The notes beneath the pieces are model-generated. The model was not told the origin of the DNA. It searched no databases and was given only the letters and a program-made list of their open reading frames with translations. Positions 14,717 to 28,002 of a DNA stretch of 64,000 nt are shown here, piece after piece; position 1 is the stretch's first letter, and the number at the start of each line of letters is the position of its first letter. The DNA comes from Phaeosaccion multiseriatum (taxonomy: Eukaryota; Protista; Ochrophyta, other classes): the NCBI GenBank assembly GCA_965112735.1, contig OZ218952.1, forward strand, positions 248,001-312,000. Reading direction: 5' to 3'. A program made the position numbers and the translations under genes.

Positions 14717-16327
14717 TTAATACCCGCCCCTCTGATAACCGCCACCCCCCCCTCTCCTGCCGCTGTCGCCCCCGCCCCTGCTCCGCCACGCGCCCCCGCC
14801 TCCTCTGCGATCGTCGTAGCTATTCCGCCCTCCTCCGCCGTAGTACCCCCCCCCGCCTCCTCCTGCCCCCCCCCCCCCCCCAAACGGCCTGTTGTCTCTT
14901 CGCATCCCCCCCATACCCCCCCTGCCACCCCTGTCGCTCTCCCACCGCCGATCGGGCTGTGGCCGCTTCCTCTCCTCGGCGGCCTTCTTCTTGGCCGCAA
15001 CTTGGTCCTCAGTGAGCGGCAGGTAGTATAGAGCGGGCTTTGTCGTCGTCTTACGGAAGAGGTCGTCGAGGGAGAAGGGTGGAGGCTCGTCTTGCTCTGC
15101 AGGGGCTGCCCCCGAGCCCCGCCTCTCCCTCTCCAGCGCCGCTCTCTTGCTTGCAGACACAAAACCCTCCCCGTCATCTGCTCGCAGGCGCTTTCCTGGC
15201 TTCTGCTGTTGCTGTTGTTGCAGCAGGAGCTGTTGCTGCTGCCGTTGCTGGAGGATGGCAGCGTCCCTGCCCCCCGGCTTTGCGGCCGCCGCGCCGCGCA
15301 ACTCTCCCTCCTGCCGATGAAACGCCTCCGAGGCGGTCACCCCCTCCAGCACTACAGCGTCTAGCATCTTGGGGTTGAAGTCCGGCCATTTGAGGCCCTG
15401 CAGCGCCGCCTTTGCCCGCAGGGCCGCTTCCCTGCTGGGAAGCGTTGCGAAGGCGTGTGTCTTAATTTTGTTCATGAAAAATTGCCCCTCCTCACAGCTG
15501 CACCCCGCCTTCTCCTCGATGAATTTCTGTACCGCGGAAAGTGTAATGGGCCGTGAGAAGTTGGACACTTTGATAGTGAGGCTTCCACCTTGACCGCCAC
15601 CGTCGTCCTCATTCGCATCGGCAGCGGTCGTTGTGGCATCCTCGTCCGCCAGTGCCGCTTCCGGGGCTTCTTCTTCTGGCTCTCCTTGTCCCTTCTGTTT
15701 TGACGCTTTGCTACTATCACCCCCACCAGTCCCGCGGCCTGAGTTACTTTTGCCATTCGAAGTAGGGGCTGCTTTGGGTTCTTCCGTGGTCATTAAATCT
15801 GGCGGTGCGGCTTCCTCGTCGTCTTCTCCAATAAGGTCCCCCAAGCTCGCCCCCCCCACTGCTGCTGCCTCTGGAGCAGCAGGGGCTTTCTTTGACTTGC
15901 CCCCCTTCTTTGCGCTTTTCTGTTCCACTGCCGTGCGACTTTTGTCCTTCGTGTCCTTCTTGGCCTCTCCTGCTGCGACCTCCTTTCCCTCAGCCTCAGC
16001 CTCAGCCTCCGCCTTTGTTGATGCTGGCTCAGCCTGCTTTGCTCTCTTCGTCTCTTCAGGCTGCTTTTCACTCTTCGATTTTGCGGGCGTCTCTTTTTCT
16101 ACATCGGGGGCTTGCTCCTCTTTTTCCTCTTTCTCCTCATCTGCTGCCTCCGTCTCCTCCTCCTCTGCACCCCCCCCCCCCCTCTGCTGCTCCTCCAGCA
16201 CCTCGATGAGGCGCTTTGCCAGCTCGGCCTTCTTCATCTTCCCCGTGACGGGCGCGCCTAAGCTGCTGAGCTCGGCCTTGAGCTTTGCCACGGTTAACCC
16301 CCCCACCTCATCGATCCCCACCCCCAT
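14717..16327 (-). CDS. ACIN1: Acinus homolog (SAP + RRM + RSB motif; ASAP/EJC-associated), intronless
   Basis: SAP domain LTVAKLKAELSSLGAPVTGKMKKAELAKRL; Acinus-type RRM (VSNFSRPIT...NKIKTHAF...LQGLKWP); RSB motif LDDLFRKTTTKPALYYLPLT; RGG-rich tail. Confidence 0.92.
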   Translation of the reverse strand: MGVGIDEVGGLTVAKLKAELSSLGAPVTGKMKKAELAKRLIEVLEEQQRGGGGAEEEETEAADEEKEEKEEQAPDVEKETPAKSKSEKQPEETKRAKQAEPASTKAEAEAEAEGKEVAAGEAKKDTKDKSRTAVEQKSAKKGGKSKKAPAAPEAAAVGGASLGDLIGEDDEEAAPPDLMTTEEPKAAPTSNGKSNSGRGTGGGDSSKASKQKGQGEPEEEAPEAALADEDATTTAADANEDDGGGQGGSLTIKVSNFSRPITLSAVQKFIEEKAGCSCEEGQFFMNKIKTHAFATLPSREAALRAKAALQGLKWPDFNPKMLDAVVLEGVTASEAFHRQEGELRGAAAAKPGGRDAAILQQRQQQQLLLQQQQQQKPGKRLRADDGEGFVSASKRAALERERRGSGAAPAEQDEPPPFSLDDLFRKTTTKPALYYLPLTEDQVAAKKKAAEERKRPQPDRRWESDRGGRGGMGGMRRDNRPFGGGGGAGGGGGGYYGGGGRNSYDDRRGGGGAWRSRGGGDSGRRGGGGGYQRGGY

Positions 16328-16609
16328 GATTTGCCCTGTCGAAGAAACCACGCCTGTCCCTTGTTTCCTCTTTCCACCGCAGCTGCTGCTGCAGGGGCGG
16401 CAAGCACTACTGCTCCTGCTCCTTCTCCCGCTCCTGCTCCTCCTGTTCTTGCAGATCTGTTTGTTTTTTGTGTTCTATAATCGCCTGTAAAGATTGTGTA
16501 ATCACGGGAAAGGGGCACGCACCCGCTCAGATGGCACTTCGCGGCGAAAAGCCCCCCCCCCCTTTTTCTTTTTCCCTCGTTCTGCCATCCCCCTCTAGAC
16601 AGGGCTGGG

Positions 16610-19600
16610 ATGGTGACCACTAGCGTGAGACCTCCGTCTTGGGTTGATCATACAGAGAAGCAACAGCGGCGGCAGCAGCAGCAGCAGCAACCAGAGGCGT
16701 CAAAGAGAAGGAGCAGACCAGCGCCAGTGGCAGTTGGGGGAAGACGCGTTTGGGAGGAAGGAGCTTCCTCCTTGAGCCTCAGCGGCGGCAGCTTGGGGCT
16801 GTGGCCTCCAGTCTCCTCACCTGAGAACTCTGCGTCGATTCATGCTCTTCCACAGCCCTTGGGCGTGTACCGCAACTGCGCAGTTGGGACGGGCCAGGGT
16901 GGCAACCCCTGCGCCTTCACCAGTGTGGCCTTTGAGCCAGGAAGAGGCGGCGCTCTGCTAGTCGGGGACGAGGCCGGTAGACTGCTTCGATTGAGCTTGT
17001 CTCAGAATGTATACGCCTTCTTGGGCAAGCGCAGTGGGCCCTCGTCCGAGGGAGCAGTTGTGCGGCACGGGGCCCTGGGCTGTGTGCAGGGGAGGGTGGT
17101 GCGGGGTTCGCAGGACTCCGAGCACTCCTGGGCGAGGAAGTGGAAGACTGATGGGAGGCACAAGGATGAAGGTGGGTCAGCGGCAGCAGCGACAGCAGCA
17201 GCAAGAGCAGCTGTTGTCGGTTATCAGGACGGGTTGGTTCGCACAGTAGTGGCCGGAGCCGATCCTGTGCAAGACAAGACTTTCCCGAACCACCACACCC
17301 AGGGAATCGTTAGCTGTAGTACGGCCGGAGACATGGTGTTGACAAGCTCTGTGGAGGAAGCTGTGTTGTGGAGATGGGCGCCATCTACTCGTCACAAAGG
17401 ACAGTTTTGGCTCCAGAAGAGAAAAGAAGTCCGACCTACACAGCCTGGTGGTATCGTCGATGCCCAGCTCTTGAGCGCGAGGGTCGAGCTCGAACACGAT
17501 AGAAAGGAGTATGAGGTGTGCTCGTATGTGTGCCTCCTGACCAGCGACGGCGCTCTGACCGCGTGGGACGGCCAAACCTTCGAGCTGGGCGCCCGCTTGG
17601 ACAGCACCAGCCTGCAGCGCCCGGCCTTCTTGTCCTCCTTCTCCTCCCCCTCGCACGCCGCCCACGCACCGCCGGAAAGTCTGAGCATCGTGGCGATGGC
17701 CCCATGCACAGCGTCGTCGACGGCCTCCTCCTCCGCAAGGCAGCAGCGGGGCGGTGGCGGTGGTGGTAAGGCCAGCAGCCGCGTGCTCGTGTCCTGCAGA
17801 GGGAGGGCGGACAACTCTCTCCTCATCGTGTGGGACGTAGACAGCGACGTCATCGTGGGGTGGCTGGAGGACCTTCCCGTAGACCTCAGCCGCGTCGTGC
17901 AAATGGCCATGCTGGAGGAGGCGGGGGGCTCTGAGGTGGTGCTGCTCTTGGACGACAGCGGGCTCTTGACCTGCCTGTCTCTGCTCCAAGACGCGTCCGG
18001 CAGATCCTCGTCCTTCTCGCTGGCCTTTCAGCTCCGCTCGGAGGATGCCGCGGCCTGCTTCACGGGCTTTGCGGCCGACCAAGAGGGAAAGTTTGTGGCC
18101 CTGTTGCGCGAGGATGGCATGTTGGTTCTTCACGGCATGCGCACACTACTGGCCAGCGGCGCTTCGGGGCTTGGGCCTGCTCAATCAGGGGGAGGGGGAG
18201 GGGTGAACACTTCCGCGCAGGAGACACGTCAGGGTAAGGGTGAAGGAGCAGCGACAACTGCAGGAGGGGCAAAGGGGGCATATCGACGGGTGAAGGTGAA
18301 GCCATCGTCCCGTGTGGCAAGGCCCGTAGATGCGCACCCCGCGTCTCTGTCTCTCGTGAGCCAGCTACCCCGACAGGAACTGCCGCACCTCTCCCGGAAG
18401 GATCTACGCGCCTTGTTGCGGGCGCACGGGGCGTTCCCTGCTCAGCACCGCCGCCTGGCGTGGAAGTGCTTGCTGAAGTTGCCCGGCAACCACCAGGCCA
18501 TGCAAGCCCTCGTCGCCAAGGGCCCTAACCCTGCCTGCGCCGGGCTGGAGGAGCGCTACCCGCTGCGTAACCAAAGCCACTTTGCCAAGCTTAGCACAGC
18601 GCTCTCTGCGCTGGCTCACTGGTCCCCTGTCTTTGGGGAGGCTGAGTACGTGCCTGCGGTGGTGTTTCCTATGGTGGTGGTGTTCGGCCCGGACGACTTG
18701 GCGGCGTTTGAGGTAGGTGTGGGGTATGGGGGTGTGGGTGTGAAGGGAGCGTTTGCAGGGGGCGTTTGCAGGGCTAGTGGAGGATGGGATTGGGGGCGAG
18801 CGGAGTTGGGAGTGAGTGGCGTAAGGAGAGAGAGAGAGAGAGGGACAGGGAGATAAAAGAGCCGAACCCTATGCTCAGCGTGGGCTGGCCTGTTGTGTGT
18901 GTGTGCTCTCTTGCACTCCCTCGTATGCTTGATGATGCTGGTTGGGGGGAGAGCTCCTCAATCACAAGACCATGCACCCTCCTCATGCGTGCCTCACGCA
19001 CACCCCAACCCCCCTCCCTCCCCCATTAACCCCTCCCCCCTCCCTGCCCAGGCCTCCATGTCTGTGCTGCTCCACTGGGGCCAGCACTGGCTCGTAACCT
19101 TCCCCCAGCCACCCGTGCCTGTGCTGATGATGCTGCAGGCAGTGCTCAAGCGGCGCCACCCCCGCCTCGTGGCGCATCTCGCGAGTCTCTCTGTGGACGC
19201 CTCTCTGTGGGGGTGGGCTCTCCTGCGCACCATCTTCACTGAGGTGCTGGGCCAGCAGGACTGGCTGCAGCTGTGGGACCACCTGTTTGCTGCCGCACCC
19301 ATGCCGGGTCTTCTCAATGCTTCCGTGGTGGCCTTTATGCTTCACAAGGCGGGAGAGTTGCTGACGCTGCGCTCGAGGGCAGAGGTGGAGGTGTTCATTC
19401 ACAGACAGCACGTCGTGCAAATGAAGGTATTTGCGTTTGCCTGGTCTGGCCTTGCCTTCTTACCTTGCCTTGCAAGCAGGACGGGAGTGGCCGCAGGGGG
19501 GGGGAGGGTATGACGTGGATTCTATGCTGCCGTTGATATCTTGTTCGTTGGTGTCCTTCTAAGTCGTCTGCAAGCAGCTCCAGCTCACACACGCATGTAT

Positions 19601-22600
19601 TCGATTTGCCCTGCGCTTGCTGCATGCACTGCACCTCCGTCCCTCCTTCCGTCTGTTCACAGCACTTCCTCAAGCTCATGTACTCCGTGGGGGCGGACGA
19701 GAGGAGCGCGGGCTTCGAGGCACAGCGACAGAAGCGGGCCGCGGCCTTTGACTTTGGCGCAGGAGCAGGAGCAGCAGCAGCCGCAACGGCAAGGGCAGAC
19801 CACTCTGCCGCCGCTGCTGTCGCTGCCGCCGGGCGAGGCGAGGCCATGCTTACAGAATCTACAGCTAACCGCTGCGCCAATCCGGGTGTGATGAGCGAGG
19901 TGGAGGAGAACCTTCGGGGCATGCTCGGAGACGTGGGGGAGAGCGAGTTCCCCCTGCAGAAGGGGGAGTATCCGGACTTTCACGGGTACCCCAAGTTCGT
20001 CGTCAATTATCAGGTGCGTCCTTGTCGGAGCAGAGAGCGTTGGGCTCTTGTTGGGGCTGTTGTTGTTCAGTGAGGGATCGGGGTGTGTATAAACGTACGT
20101 ATGACATGGGGGATGGGGCGTGTTCTGTTCCTTCCCGCCCAGACCTTCCTTGAGCCCCTGCTGGCGCAATGTACATCTCTTGCTGAAATGCACTCGAATG
20201 CACATCCCTCCTTCGCACCCCCCCCCCCCCTCCTCTGCACAGATCCGGGAGCGAATGCGGGTGGTGAAGGAGGAGGAGGAGCTCAGTATGAAGCAGCAAC
20301 TCGTGGGGGACCTGCGGCTCCGAGCAGAGGCCCTTCGGGAGGAGGAGGAGGCGTGGCAAGAGCGCAAGGTGCAGATCGCCAAGGAGGAGGGGCAGCGCCT
20401 GCGTCAGGCGGGGCTAGCGAGGAAGGAGAGGATGGAGCGGGCCGTGGAGCTCGACAAGGAGCTAGTGGACAGGTGAGGGGGAAAGGGAGAAGGATAGGGA
20501 GAGAGGGAGAGGGGGTGGGGGTGTGGGGGGGGGTTGCGAAGGCCGAAGGAAGGAAGAGCAGGAGGGGGAAGTCGGGAGAAACTTGCATGCTCATGCCCCA
20601 TTTGCAGCACGCTGGGGTGAGTCCTCATGTGTGTTGAGAAGTCTAGGCTGCTCTCCCTGTTGCCTCAGCCGCCCTCCACATGGTCTATTTTATTTGTCTC
20701 GACTTTCTACTTCGATACTGATATCGACGTTTATTGTCCACGTCCACAGACGCCTACAAGTGGTGCTGGGGAGGGAGATGGCAGCTCAGCGCAGACTGGA
20801 TTTGGCAGCAGAGCTCCGACAGGAAGAGTCCGCAAGAATGGCAAGGGACATACACGAGGAGGCTCAGAGGGAGGAGAGGGAGGTAAGGACGGAGGGGGGG
20901 GGGGGGGTGGGGTGGCTAATCCGTGAGAGACGACCAGAGAGACGAGCTGCTTCTCTTCTGGCCTGGCATGCGTTGGTGCTGTCTTTTTATGCGTGTAAAA
21001 GTGGGTTTTAGGTAGTGTTTTTTTCCCCCTTCCGTTCTGACCCCTCCCTCCCCTCCCCGCCCCATGCCACGTTCTGCTACAGCTCGCGAGAAGGCTGGCG
21101 GAGGAGGAGACTGTGGATGTGGAGCAGGTGAGTAGGGTTAAGTTCGTGTTAGAGGAGAGTCTTGCAGAGGCCCCTGGCTTATCATGGGAGAGATCCTTTG
21201 CGATTTTACACCCAACCAGTACAGTATCCACAAGGACAGAATTTTAACAAGTCACCTCTCTCGCGGGCACTACTCGGATTCCTCGTCGCTCCTCCTCCTC
21301 CTCCTCCTCCTCCTCCTCCTCCTCCTCGTCGTCGTCGTCGTCGTCATCCTCCTCCTGTTACCTCCTCTCCTCCTCCTCTTCCTCCTCTTCCTCTTCCTCC
21401 TCCTCCTCCTCCTCCTTCTCCTCCTCTTCCTCTTCCTCCTCCTCCTCCTCCTCCTCCTCCTCCTCCCCTCCCTAGCGTGTGCAAGAGAGGCTGATGCACA
21501 TGTACGCTGCAAGACGCGAAGAAGCCCGCTTGAGAGAGCTCCGAGAGGTAAGCAAAAGCAAGCGCACATACCTTCACTGGAGGGGGAAGGCGGAGGGGAG
21601 GGATAGAAGTAGAGCCCCTCTGGAAGGGGAGAGGGAGGGACGGGCCATACACTGCACAGACATCGGAAGAGAAAGGGAGGGGGGTGGGGAGGGGAGGGGA
21701 GGGAGACATCCATCGCCATGCACTCGCTAGAGTAGGGATGCTAGATATGATACTGATGCCCAACCCCCACACGCACGCGCCCACACCAGGTGCTGCTCAA
21801 TAAGTTGCGTGTAGCCCGTATGGAGGAGGAGCAGCAAATCGCCCTGTGGGAGGAGGAGAACAAGCAGCGAAGGAGCGAGTGGGAGGAGGAGCGGGTGCAT
21901 GCGGAAGAGGAGACGGTGAAGGTGGCCAATGACGCTGCTCTGGCGGACTTGGAGAGGGCCGTGCAGACTAAGATACGGGCAGGGGGGCAGAAATTGTCGG
22001 CGTTGGAGAGAAGTAGGGCCATTAGTGCGATGCGAGACGAAATCAGGAGGGAGACGGAGGCGGCAGCAGAAGGAGATGCCAGGCGGAGGGACGAGAGCGT
22101 CAAGAAGGGGCTCAGGGAGGTGGGAAGGAGCACGCAGGCGGCGAGGAAGGAGCGCCGGAAAGGCCTCGAGGCAGAGTTAGGTCGGGTGGAGCGTGCGCTC
22201 AGAGGGGCAGTCGCTGGAGGAGCGGGACAGGGTGAGAAGGGCGGCCGTGAGGCGATAGCGAGAGCAGCGACCGCGGATGCGCGACGGTTGGGTGAGGAAG
22301 CGGCAGCAAGAGCAGCACGACAGACGGGCCGTGGGAAGAGCCGCGAGGGGAAGGGGGACCCACTGAAGGATTGGGACGAGGTGGGCAGCGATGGTCTGGT
22401 TAGAGCTGCGGCGTTGCCCAAGAGGAGGAAGGGAAAGACCCAAGGGGCTAATGCTGCAGTCAAGGTGGCAGCGCCCGCACAGAGGCAAGAGGAGGAGCAG
22501 GCAGAAACGGTCGAGGTCCGTCACAGTAGCAGCAGCAGCAGTGGCAGCAGCGGAAATAGTGTCGACAAGGATGCTGGAGGCATTTTACCGCGACAAGGGT

Positions 22601-22974
22601 CCCTCTTAGACAGCCGGGCTAGCAGCAGCCTCATGCTGAGGAGTAGCGAAGCTGACAGCGAAGAGAGTGACCGCGGGGCCAAGCTTGCCCGAGGCAATAA
22701 GCGAAGCGGCACCGGCAGTAATCGCAGCACTGTTCGGAGCTCCAGTGAGGGCGAGGCCGCAAGCACGAGCGGCACGAGTCAGAAGAGTGGTCGGCGGAGG
22801 GGGGGGAGAGAGGCGGCGGCCGACTCCCTCCCCAGCGGCGCGAGCAGTGAAGCCGAAGCCGAGAGCTTGGCCAGCAGGCACTTGTATGAAGCGGCGTCTG
22901 CACGAGAACGGTCCTTTGGCGCCGCCGAGAGCTCCAGTAGCAGTAGCAACAGCGAACAGAAAGAGGACGACTGA
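16610..22974 (+). CDS. TBC1D31: TBC1D31/WDR67 orthologue (WD40 + TBC + long coiled coil; centriolar/ciliary), multi-exon
   Basis: Degenerate WD40 N-terminus, then LRALLRAHGAFPAQHRRLAWKCLLKLPGN...LSALAHWSPVFGEAEYVPAVVFP...HWGQHWLVTFPQPP...WALLRTIFTEVL...WLQLWDHLF, then YPDFHGYPKFVVNYQ and E/R-rich coiled-coil exons. Confidence 0.88.
21289..21472. repeat. Imperfect (CCT)n/(GTC)n microsatellite in a TBC1D31 intron
   Basis: Seen directly; it abuts the acceptor CCCTAG. Confidence 0.93.
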
Positions 22975-23064
22975 AGCCTCTCACCGCTACCCGCAGCGGC
23001 ACAGCAGGGGGTGCGGCGGGGCGGGCATTCCACTAATGTAATTGAGGCACATTCTCTTTTATTC

Positions 23065-24368
23065 TCACGCATGGAGCAAGTCCAGCAGGGCCGAGGCCGT
23101 GACCTGCACCCCTCCCCCTTCACCAAGCTCGCTGAACACCCCCGCCGAGCCAGTGAAGTCCTGGGCCTCTGTGGAGGAGGTGGTGGTGATGACGCACTTC
23201 ATACCGGCCCCCATCGCCGCCTGCAGCCCAATCACAGAGTCCTCCACCACCATGCAGCGCTGCGGGGAGAGGCCTAGCTTCTCGGCCGCCAGTGAGTAGA
23301 TCATGGGGTGGGGCTTCCTCTCCGGCACGTCGTCGCCAGCCAAGATGAGTTCGAACTTGTCTAGCTCAGTCTGCCCCAGGAGGTTGTCCAGCACAAAGAG
23401 GCACGCGTCTTTGGTGCTCGCTGAGCAGATGGCTAGCTTGGGGGTCGGGCTCAAGCTCAGGGCCTCGTCAATGACGCGCTTGATCCCTGGCAGGCAGGCA
23501 GGCGGGCAAACAGGCATGCAGACAGGCAGACAGGCAGACGGGGCAGACAGTCAGATAGGCCGACAGGCAGACAGATAGACAGACAGGCAGACAAGCAGAC
23601 GGACAGGCGACGGAGTCACGCAGTGCCCCTCTCATTCGGGAGGGATAGCGAGTACCTACCTGGCCGCAGCGTAGCCACCCCATTCCGCACAAAGTCCTTG
23701 TAGATTTCCGTCTTCCGGTCCTGCAGCTCGTCCACGAGCGTGGCCTGTGCCTCCTCCGAGTCCGGGGCGGGGCCGAGCTTCGAAGAAGGCCAGCCGTTCT
23801 CGCCAAAGTAGTATCGCATCTTGGGCTTTCCGCCACCCACTCTGCATGGGGTAGGTAGGTGTTCGGTTGTCTGTCAGTCAGCTCTCAATTCCATGTCTCC
23901 ATTGCACTACTCAACTTGTTTTGCAGCTCGTCATAGTACTCCGGCGACCAATTGTAGGCCACGTCGAACTCTTTGAAGACGGTGTTGTAGGCCTCGCGGT
24001 GCAGGGACTCGGACTGTGCAAGGGCATGAAGCAAAAGGTGCAACACTTACTTGATCATGTATCATCACCCACCATGTGTATCATGGAAATACCTCAAGAA
24101 TGACTCCGTCGCAATCAAAGATAAGAGCCCACTCCTTCGACTCCCCTTCCGCAGCTGCAGCCGATCTCCTGCTGGCCCCGCAGCTACCTTTGCTGTCGAA
24201 CAGGCCCACTGCCTTGCTCTGCTCGGGCGGCCGAGCATTGTTGCCACAACAGGGCGACCTCCTCGCCCCTGGGAGAGGCCCATGTACAAAGCCCGTCACC
24301 AGCAGAAGCTGGAACAGCCAAAGCCCCGCGAAAAGGGCATGGCCGGAGCAGCAAGCTGGAAAGAGCAT
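23065..24368 (-). CDS. cbbY: CbbY-like HAD phosphatase (xylulose-1,5-bisphosphate phosphatase type), plastid-targeted
   Basis: LIFDCDGVILESESLHREAYN...YYDELQNKVGGGKPKMRYYF...LRPG...AGDDVPERKPHPMIY...VVEDSVIGLQAA. The signal peptide ends LLLVTG|FVHGP (ASAFAP-like). Confidence 0.9.
23490..23610. repeat. (CAGA/CAGG)n tetranucleotide repeat in a CbbY intron
   Basis: Seen directly. Confidence 0.85.
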
Positions 24369-24592
24369 CTCTCTGATTGTATCATATCACATTTCGCCTC
24401 ATGGCGATCGATCCGACGACGGCGGTGAGGTGATGGTTTCATCGATTTCATCATTCGGCACAAAGCACTGCGTGTGGGGGGAGGACAGGTGTATAGGGGG
24501 GAAACATGGTGCTGGCATTGACTCAGCTCGACCCGTAAGACACCCTTCGAGAGGCTGGGCGTAGGCTTGAAGGCCAGCAAGCCGGACAGACC

Positions 24593-27500
24593 ATGGAGAG
24601 TCCTTCCCTCCTTCTACTCAGCGGGCCGGCAGCGGCGAGGGTCTACGGCGCGCGTCCCCATGTTTCGGGAATGTTGTACGGGACAGGGAGGGTTCCCGCG
24701 AGGCGACGCGGCAGCACCGCCGGCCAGCGGCGGAGGCCATATTCCGCGAGCCCATCCAGAATAAGCTATGGCACTGGCAGCCGCAAATCAAGCGGACTGG
24801 CAGGAAAAAGGAGGCTTAGCGGTCGAGAGCAGAGGGAAGGCTCCTATGATATGGGTCAGTGGTCCCCTATGGCGCTTGATGGACTGCTACGGCCGTCTGC
24901 GATGGACATGGACGGGAGCGGTGGTAAGAGAGAGGCTGTGTCGCGCCTTGTCTTTCGTCCATCTATTGCCCCTTACGTTTGCTTTTTGTCGCTTTCCTTC
25001 GTGCGTGGTTCTTCCCCCCCCCCCCCCCCAGCAGAATCTATGTTAGATGCACCGCACTGGGGCGGGGGAGGCGCGAAGGAGGGCGAGGCAGACATGCAGA
25101 GGGAAGGAGAGAGTGGCCTGAAGACACCAACACCAACAAGGCACGCATCGCTCGCCAGCGAAAGCCCGTTGATTGCCCAATCGCAGCGGCAAATCGGACG
25201 CGAGACGACCGATGTAAGTACAAGAGGCGATGGTTCCCCTCCTTTGCGATCCTTGTTTTACAAATGGATACACGACAAGCGATTCATTGTAGCTATTCGT
25301 TGTGTCGGTTGGTAACGCAGCGCTACCTCTCTTGTGTTTTGTACGATCGTATGTTAATCATTTCATGTGGCAGGACCCCCAAAATGATACCGCGGAGCTT
25401 ACCCTGCAGCGCCTGCAGCGGGAGCAGGACGCATTGAAGCAGCAACTTGCAGAGGTCGTGGGCGTGTTGCAGAGCAACAACCAGCTCAGCCTACTCGGGC
25501 TGGACGACGAGCTCGACGAAATGCATGACATGGGGGTGGCCACGCGACTCCCTCTAGTGTGTGACGACCAAGGTGGGCGGACGGCAGAGCGTGCTGCTGA
25601 GCAATTTCCCATGCGCGCTCGTCCTCGAACGGCAGGAACCAGGAGGGAGTCTATTGCGCCCTTTGCCCTCTCCTTCGACTGCACCTTTGAAGGCGCCGAG
25701 ATGGGGGCTGAAACAGTCCGAGAGCAGTACTCACGGGGCGGGGCGGCACTGAGACCCCTCGTTCCTGCACGTCCCAACACGGCGCCCTTGAGGAGAGGAG
25801 GGACAGGGCGAGGAGGGAGGGGCCGGCGAAGGATACAGCGGGCAGGCGGGCGCCCTGGGTATGCCCAGAAGCTGCAGAAGACGAGGCTCCTGAAAAGAAG
25901 ACTGAACAAGGCGCGGGAGGAGGAGGAGCAGCAGGAGCAGGAGCAGCAGCAGAAGGAGCAGCAGCAGCAGCAGGAGCAGCAGCAGCAGCAGCAGAGGAGG
26001 GGCTCATCATCAAAGAAAGGGGCAGTGGCAGACGTGGATGGCGGCCACAGCCTGGGTCCTGATCTCGGGTCGGTCGCTTCTGGCGATGAGGGTGGATCCC
26101 GGGAAGTCAAACGTTACAAGAGCATGAAGGATAGAGAAGAAGAGCGAGACCAGCAGGGAAGAAGGCTAAGAGGAGGCTCGAGGGATCACCTCTCGAGTCT
26201 GGAAAGTGCGATTGCAGAAGAAGGACTTGGTGACTTGCAGCAGAGCGGACCCGTCCAATATGGGTCAGTGCAGTATGAGGAGTGGGAGCAGCCAGAATCC
26301 CACACGCACTGCAACTCTTTCTCTCGAGAAGGGTCCGGAGGGACTGCAGAGGCGGTCGGAGAGGGAGAGAGAGAGGGAGAGGCGAGGGCCGACTTCGCCA
26401 TTGGCCCCTACGGAAATTGCCCGGCCCGCACGCACTCTCGAGGGGACCACAGACTCCTGAGTATGTGGTGCAGAGCGTATGACGACGGAGAGAGGGACGG
26501 AGCCTTCGCAATGTTCGCGATTCGAGACGGCCCCGGAGGAGGGGGGCGAGTGAGGGGGGCGATTGTTGCTTCTGCTGCAGCTTCTGCTTCTGCTTCAGGA
26601 GCCTACCCTTCGACTTCAACTTCCCACAGGACGGGAAGCGATGGAGCAGGAGGAGGAGGAGGAGATGGGCGAAGAGCCTCCTCCTTCGCCTTGCCACCAC
26701 GGCGACCCCCCAAGGTAGGGGATCGCGTCAGGGTAAACTACAAGGGTCGCGGCCAGCACCACCGGGCATGTGTAGTGGACAAGCGAGGCGAAGGTCTGTT
26801 CGACGTTCGCTACGACGACGGGGAGGAGGAGCTCCACGTTAAGGCAGCGTACATTCAAGGCATACCAGGGACACTACATCTCGGGGCGGAGGGGGGTGAG
26901 ACAGAGGAGCACGGAGGGTCTGGAGGAGGGGCACCGTGGGAGAAGGGCATGCGAGTCGAGGTGAGCGCGTTGAGAAGTGACGAGAGAGCGTGGGGAAGAG
27001 AGGGGAGGGGAGGGGAGGGAGAGGAAGGCGGGCGGGCGGGCGGTGCCGCCGTGGCACTGCGCCGTTAGTCTTTCCATCGTTCCGGTGGCTTTGTTTTTTG
27101 ACGGAGTCGTGTCCGGAGCTCTGACCTCTCTCTCTCATGTGATACTTGTACTAGTAATTCTTTTTTTGTACTAGTAGTACTAGTACTAGGGAAGATCGTG
27201 CTCCTTCTCTGTGCTGCCGTCCTGACGCAAGATGTCCTTTGCCCTCTGTGCGTGGGTGCTGATGTTACCGCTACTGCTTCTACTACTGCTGCTGGTGGTG
27301 GTCTTGTTGGGGGCAGGCGAACTATCGAGAGGAAGGCCGTCTCAGGCGCGGGACCGTGTCGCGCATCTATGGCGACGGAACCTTCGACGTGGATTACCAA
27401 CACGGCAAGAAGGAGCGCAGGGTGCGAGGGAGCCTCATTCGAGACTGCAGGACAGAGGATGAGCGAGCGGCGGCGTGGGAGCACTGGCGAAAGCAGGAGA

Positions 27501-27961
27501 AGGACCAATCGCGGACAGAGAGGGGTGGGGGTGGAGGGGTGAGGAATCACCACAGCAGTGCGATGTCGTCTGTGTCTTCCCTTGACACGAGCCACATGTG
27601 GGACGAATTCATGGTTGGCGACGACGTGGAGGTGGACTATCAGGGGAAGGGAAGGTGGTATGCGTGCACCATCGTGCAGGGCCTGACAAGGGCTGCTGAG
27701 GACGAGAGGGAGGAGGGTACGTTCGTCGTCCAATACCAAGACACAGAGCGAGAGACGCGCGTGCCAGTGGACCGCATCAGACGCAGAAGAGAGCGCCCGA
27801 CGGCCCTGGGAATGGGGATAGGTGGGCTGGCAGTACAAGGGAGGGGAGGAGGAGGAGGACGTGCAGTAGTAGGACCAGCAGCAGCAGGAAGATCAGTTGG
27901 TGATACATCCGCCGCTCGTGAGGTGGAAACCGAGGAGGAAGAGCTACAGCTGAGCTCTTCT

Positions 27962-28002
<41 letters not shown>

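Noticed and set aside
15633-16490. Long antisense or alternate-frame ORFs (also 27944-29011, 36219-37508, 59079-60359, 11714-12616)
   Set aside because: These are shadow ORFs expected opposite GC-rich coding sequence; they show no independent motifs.
27140-27190. Self-complementary (TACTAG)n cluster in the Tudor-gene intron
   Set aside because: Short slippage-type repeat with no terminal inverted repeat or target-site structure to support a MITE.
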